Below, in pieces: positions 59,771-64,000 of a stretch of 64,000 nucleotides of DNA. Location: contig QHSC01000080.1 in NCBI GenBank assembly GCA_003220345.1, forward strand, positions 5,999 through 69,998, written 5' to 3'. Every line of letters begins with the position of its first letter. The stretch's first letter is position 1. The notes below the pieces were generated by a model. It searched no databases. It was not told where the DNA came from and saw only the letters and a list, made by a program, of their open reading frames with translations. This DNA comes from Candidatus Rokuibacteriota bacterium. Its GTDB lineage: Bacteria; Methylomirabilota; Methylomirabilia; Rokubacteriales; CSP1-6. A program made the translations under genes and the position numbers.

Positions 59771-61218
59771 GTCCGGGTTCGTTCCAGTCTGGCCACGGCC
59801 TCGATGTGGGGCGTATGCGGGAACATGTCCACCGGCTGCACCCACTCCACGCGATAGCCCGCCCGCGCGAGGTCCCCGAGATCGCGGGCGAGCGTGGCGG
59901 GGTTGCACGAGACATAGATGATCCGCGCCGGAGCGAGGTGGGCGAGAGCCGAGAGGGCCTTGGGATGGAAGCCCGCCCGGGGCGGGTCGGCCACCACCAC
60001 CTGCGCCGCCACGCCCTGGGCGATGAGCTGGGGCAGGACGAAGCGGACCTCGCCGGCGAGGAAGGTGCAGTTGGCGATCCCGTTGGCGGCGGCATTGCGG
60101 GCGGCGTCGTCCACCGCCGCCTGCGCCACCTCGACACCGTAGACCCAGCGGGAGCGCGCGGCGAGGAGCAGGCTGATGGCGCCCGTGCCCGCGTAGAGGT
60201 CGAACACCGTCTCGTCGCCCGTCAGGGCCGCCGCCTCGAGGACGATGGCGAACAGGCGCTCGGCCTGGGCGGTGTTGGTCTGGAAGAACGAGTTTGCCGA
60301 GACCTGAAAGCTCAGGCCGCCCACGGACTCGCGGATATGATCGCGGCCGCCGAGCAGGTGCTCCTCGACGCCCACGGCCACGCTCGCCTTCTTGGGATTC
60401 ACGTTCATCACCACGCTCGCCGTCTCCTTCACCCGCGCGGCCAGCCGCCCCGCGAGCGGCTCGAGCTCGGAGACCGCGGGCGAAGAGGTGACGACGTTGA
60501 CCATGGCTTCGTCCGTCCGCCGTCCCTCGCGCAGCATGAGGAAGCGCAGGAGCCCCTCGCCCGAGTCCTGCTCGTAGGCGGTGAGCCCGCGCTCGACGAA
60601 GAAGCGGCGCGCCTCGTCCAGCAGGGCGTTCATCCGCTCGGACTGCAGCAGGCAACGGTCGACGGCGAGGACACGGTCGTAGCGCCCGGCCTCGTGCAGC
60701 CCCACGGTGAGGTTTTTACTCAGCCCTCGCCTCACGTCTTCGTCCTTCGGCTCGAACTGCGGATCGTCGGCAGCGTCTTGGCTCGAAATGCGCCCTTGCC
60801 GCTCGCGCGCCACCGTGAACTCCATCTTGTTTCGGTAGCCGTACGTCTCGGGGGCCGCGAGTATGGGCCGCACCTCGATCGGGGGCAGGCCTCCGAGCCG
60901 CTCGAGGGCGTCGACAACCTGCTTGCTCTTGAAGGTCAGCTGGGCGGCATAGTCGATGTGCTGCAGTCGGCAGCCGCCACATCGCCCAAAATACGGGCAG
61001 GGCGCCTCCACCCGGTGGAGAGACGGGGTCAGGATGGCCTCGATGCTGGCCCGGCCGAAGCGCGCCCGCGCCTGATCGAGCCTCACCTGGAGACGGTCGC
61101 CGGGTATGCCGCCGCGCACGAAGATCACATAACCGTCAACCCGACCGACACCTTCGCCGCCGAACGCGAGGTCGTCGATGGTCACGGAAAGACTCTGGCC
61201 GCGCTGCGGTCGGCCCAT
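59767..61218 (-). CDS. rlmD: 23S rRNA (uracil-1939-C5)-methyltransferase with TRAM domain
   Basis: CPYFGRCGGC, SFFQTN, DPPRAG, YVSCNP, DMFPHT; contains a repeat-derived insertion. Confidence 0.93.
   Translation of the reverse strand: MGRPQRGQSLSVTIDDLAFGGEGVGRVDGYVIFVRGGIPGDRLQVRLDQARARFGRASIEAILTPSLHRVEAPCPYFGRCGGCRLQHIDYAAQLTFKSKQVVDALERLGGLPPIEVRPILAAPETYGYRNKMEFTVARERQGRISSQDAADDPQFEPKDEDVRRGLSKNLTVGLHEAGRYDRVLAVDRCLLQSERMNALLDEARRFFVERGLTAYEQDSGEGLLRFLMLREGRRTDEAMVNVVTSSPAVSELEPLAGRLAARVKETASVVMNVNPKKASVAVGVEEHLLGGRDHIRESVGGLSFQVSANSFFQTNTAQAERLFAIVLEAAALTGDETVFDLYAGTGAISLLLAARSRWVYGVEVAQAAVDDAARNAAANGIANCTFLAGEVRFVLPQLIAQGVAAQVVVADPPRAGFHPKALSALAHLAPARIIYVSCNPATLARDLGDLARAGYRVEWVQPVDMFPHTPHIEAVARLERTRT
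60719..60760. repeat. Family A repeat remnant inside rlmD
   Basis: 35/42 identical, ungapped, to the left arm of the 33554 copy. Confidence 0.75.
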
Positions 61219-61227
61219 GGCAGCGCC

Positions 61228-61256
61228 ATGATAAGGGCCGGGATTGGGGGAGTCAA
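61228..61256 (-). promoter_or_regulatory. Sigma70 promoter for rlmD
   Basis: TTGACT-N17-TATCAT. Confidence 0.6.
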
Positions 61257-61323
61257 TTTGACCGGCCGCCTCGCGGCTAAGCGTATGGCGAGAGAGGGAC
61301 GGCTCAAGTATGATGGGGGCGCG

Positions 61324-61821
61324 ATGGGAATGGGACGCCGGAATCCTGTGCGGGTCGGCAGCCTGCTGACCTCGGCCGTCCCGGCCTTGGCCGAGCGGAT
61401 GCTCGAACAGACCATTCGTCGGCAATGGGCGGACATCGTCGGCCCCGACGCGGCCCGGCGCTCACGCCCGGCCTCGCTGCGCCAGGGCACCCTCGAGATC
61501 ACCGTCGACAATTCTCCATGGCTGCAGGAGCTGACGCTCCGCGCGGGGACCATTGCGGCCGCGCTGGCGGCCCGTCACGGCGCAGCGGTCACCGCGGTCC
61601 GCGTGACCATGGGCGCCGCCGTTGCCCCCGCGAGCGATGAAGTCTCCCGCGAGGGCAGAGCCATCTCACGATCCCTCACCGATGCCGAGCGGGGGATCGT
61701 GGAGGCGACCGCGCGTCCCATCGCCGATCCCGTCGTCGCCTCGTCGCTGAGACGCCTCTTGACCAAGGACTTGCTGGCGCGGGGAAAGTCTGGAATCCCC
61801 GTCGCTTCGGAGCAGCCATGA
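61324..61821 (+). CDS. dciA: DUF721 / DciA family protein
   Basis: QWADIVG...SRP...GTL.I.VDNSPW.QEL. Confidence 0.78.
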   Translation: MGMGRRNPVRVGSLLTSAVPALAERMLEQTIRRQWADIVGPDAARRSRPASLRQGTLEITVDNSPWLQELTLRAGTIAAALAARHGAAVTAVRVTMGAAVAPASDEVSREGRAISRSLTDAERGIVEATARPIADPVVASSLRRLLTKDLLARGKSGIPVASEQP

Positions 61822-63581
61822 CCCGCATCGCCACCATCGTCTCGGCGGCCCTCCTCCTCGCGGGCTGCGCGTCCACGCTACCGCCGGACCACGGGGGCGA
61901 TCAGAGCGCCGAGACCACGCAGCCGCTTCGCTTCCGCGATCCGCGGGCCGCCGCCTACTACTACTACTCGGTCGCGCAGATGAACGCGCGAGCGGGCCGC
62001 CTCCAGGAGGCGATCGCGGCGCTGCGGGGCGCCCTCGAGCGCGATCCTGACTCCTCCGAGCTCTGGGGCCAGCTCGCCCAGTGGCTGGCGCGCACCAACG
62101 ATCCGGTACGCGCCATCGAGGCGGCCCAGAAGGCCGCCGCCCTCGAGCCGCTGAGCCCTGTCCCACACCTCACGCTCTCGGATATCTTCCGGCGGCAGCG
62201 CCGCTTCGCCGACTCCGAGGCCGAGCTCGAGAAAGCCATCCAGCTCGCGCCCAAGTCGAGCGATTCGTACCTGGCCCTCGCCCAGCAGCACATCGAGCAG
62301 CGCCAGCTCGACAAGGCGCGCGCCGTGCTCCTCCGCCTCGTGGCCGCCCAGCCGAACTCCGCCCAGGCCTATCACCTGCTCGGCCGTGTGGCCATCGACT
62401 CCGAGCAGTGGGACGAGGCGATCGCGCGGCTCAAGCGCGCCGTGGAGATCGACCCGGATCTGGACCCCGCCTGGATGGCCCTCGGCTTCGTCTACGAGAC
62501 GCGGCAGAAGCCCGAGGAGGCGCTCAAGGTTTACCGGCAGGCCCTCCAGGCCAACCCGGACAACATGGCCTTCGTGGAGCGGCTGGGCGATGTGCTCGTG
62601 CGGCTGGGCCGCTTCAAGGAAGCGCAGGGCGAGGTCGAATCGCTTGCCGACTCCGCCCCGCGCGACCCGCGCGTGTGGATCAAGCTCGGGGCCATCTACT
62701 ACGAGCAGAAGCAGTACGAGCGCGCCGCCTCCTCCTTCCGCAAGGCCGTCGAGCTCGAGCCCGGCAATCTCCGGGCGCGCTATTTCCTCGCCACCACGCT
62801 CATGGACGCGGGCAAGGACGCCGAGGCCCAGGGCGAGCTCGAGAAGATCCTCACCGCGGACCCGCGCTCCGTCGACGCCCGCGTGCAGCTCGCCTTCCTC
62901 TACGGCCGCGCCAAGAAGCACGACGACGCCATCAAGGCCCTCCAGGAAGCCGTCAACATCGAGCCCAAGCGCGCCGAGCTCTTCCTCTATCTGGGCACGG
63001 CGTACTTCCGCGCCCAGCAGTACGACCGCGCGCTCGCCTCGCTGCAGGAAGGGCTCGGCATCGACGCCAAGAACCGCGACCTGACCTTCCAGACGGGCGT
63101 GGTCTACGAGAAGCAGGGTCGCTTCGACGACGCCATTGCCGCCTTCCGCAAGGTCCTCGTCATCGATCCCAAGCACGCCGAGTCCTACAACTACATCGGC
63201 TACATGTACGCCGAGCGCGGCCAGAACCTGATGGAGGCCGTGCAGCTCATCAAGCAGGCGCTGGATCTCGACCCCGAGAACGGGTTCTTCATCGACAGCC
63301 TCGGGTGGGCCTACTATCAGCAGGGCCGCTATCCCGATGCCCTGCGCGAGCTCCAGCGCGCCGTCAGCCTCGCCAAGGAAGACCCGACCATCCTCGATCA
63401 CCTTGGCGACGCTCTCCTGAAGACCGGTCGCACGGAAGAAGCCATTGCCACCTGGGAGCGCGCGCTCAAGGCCGATGCCGAGAACACGATCTCGGAGAGC
63501 GTCAAGAAGAAGATCGCCGACGCGCGTGAGAAGGCACGCCGGGCCAAAGGTGCCGACCGCCCGAAAGCCGAGCAGAAGTAA
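61818..63581 (+). CDS. TPR-repeat lipoprotein
   Basis: LAGC lipobox; many TPRs; NYIGY, DSLGW. Confidence 0.9.
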   Translation: MTRIATIVSAALLLAGCASTLPPDHGGDQSAETTQPLRFRDPRAAAYYYYSVAQMNARAGRLQEAIAALRGALERDPDSSELWGQLAQWLARTNDPVRAIEAAQKAAALEPLSPVPHLTLSDIFRRQRRFADSEAELEKAIQLAPKSSDSYLALAQQHIEQRQLDKARAVLLRLVAAQPNSAQAYHLLGRVAIDSEQWDEAIARLKRAVEIDPDLDPAWMALGFVYETRQKPEEALKVYRQALQANPDNMAFVERLGDVLVRLGRFKEAQGEVESLADSAPRDPRVWIKLGAIYYEQKQYERAASSFRKAVELEPGNLRARYFLATTLMDAGKDAEAQGELEKILTADPRSVDARVQLAFLYGRAKKHDDAIKALQEAVNIEPKRAELFLYLGTAYFRAQQYDRALASLQEGLGIDAKNRDLTFQTGVVYEKQGRFDDAIAAFRKVLVIDPKHAESYNYIGYMYAERGQNLMEAVQLIKQALDLDPENGFFIDSLGWAYYQQGRYPDALRELQRAVSLAKEDPTILDHLGDALLKTGRTEEAIATWERALKADAENTISESVKKKIADAREKARRAKGADRPKAEQK

Positions 63582-64000
63582 GCTCGGCCTCCTCGTCCTG
63601 GTGGGCGCCCTTCTCCTCGGGGGCGGGTGCGCCTCGCTGCCTCCGCGAAAGCCCCTCCCGCCCGAGGTCGAGGCCGCCCGCGCCGCGCTCGGGGGGCGCG
63701 CAAAGGCTTTCCACGACCTCCGCACTCAGGCCGATCTGCGCATACGCCGCGGCGACCGTGTCGATCGCCTCACGGGCGTGCTCCTCCTTCGAGCGCCCGC
63801 CGAGCTTCGCTTCGAAGCCCTCGCTCCCTTCGGACCACCCATCCTCGTGGTCGCCTCCAATGCCGACACGGTCACGCTCTGGGAAGTCACCCAGCAGCGC
63901 GCTGTTCTCGCCCGCTCCTCACCGGACGCGACGAAGCGCTGGCTCGGCCTCGCCCTGGGTCCGGAGGAGTTGGTGGCGCTCCTGGCCGGCAACGCGCTGC
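63550..64000 (+). CDS. LolB-like/DUF4292 lipoprotein (partial, runs off window end)
   Basis: GTG 63550; LLLGGGC lipobox; LRFEALAPFG; follows the TPR gene as in TPR-lolB-ispE clusters. Confidence 0.65.
   Translation, partial: MPTARKPSRSKLGLLVLVGALLLGGGCASLPPRKPLPPEVEAARAALGGRAKAFHDLRTQADLRIRRGDRVDRLTGVLLLRAPAELRFEALAPFGPPILVVASNADTVTLWEVTQQRAVLARSSPDATKRWLGLALGPEELVALLAGNAL

Noticed and set aside
63601-63640. Frameshift in the G-run of the last lipoprotein gene
   Set aside because: Recounting the codons shows the signal peptide and mature domain are in frame.

Overview
High-GC bacterial core-genome segment, mostly coded on the minus strand. Gene content and GC level suggest Rokubacteria/Methylomirabilota, but that is unverified inference. 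It carries pgk-gap, comF, a lapA-lapB fusion, dksA, rsfS-nadD-proAB-obgE-rpmA-rplU, an ECF sigma with a TetR regulator, a CsoR-CopA copper operon, rng-rodA-mrdA-mreDCB, two tandem cold-shock genes, comEA, two KimA-like permeases, a sigma54 activator with isocitrate lyase, dnaB-rplI-rpsR-ssb-rpsF, CIRCE-controlled groESL, mrfAB and rlmD-dciA. I found no rRNA or tRNA gene, CRISPR array or transposase. The most interesting signals are non-coding or recoding. (1) A ~230-nt structured locus (27381-27608) carries a ~40-nt near-copy of 16S rRNA helix 45 plus the anti-SD tail; on the minus strand this is an anti-16S segment wrapped around the AUG of a 13-codon ORF. (2) A ~220-bp rod-like palindromic repeat with compensatory changes occurs twice, with a remnant inserted in-frame in rlmD. 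(3) Both csp genes have a conserved, covarying leader containing a terminator. (4) An AhpD/CMD-family selenoprotein (CxxU plus SECIS) is split by the ORF track. (5) A sigma54 circuit with three enhancer palindromes can be read directly from the DNA. (6) rpsR appears to start at ATT.
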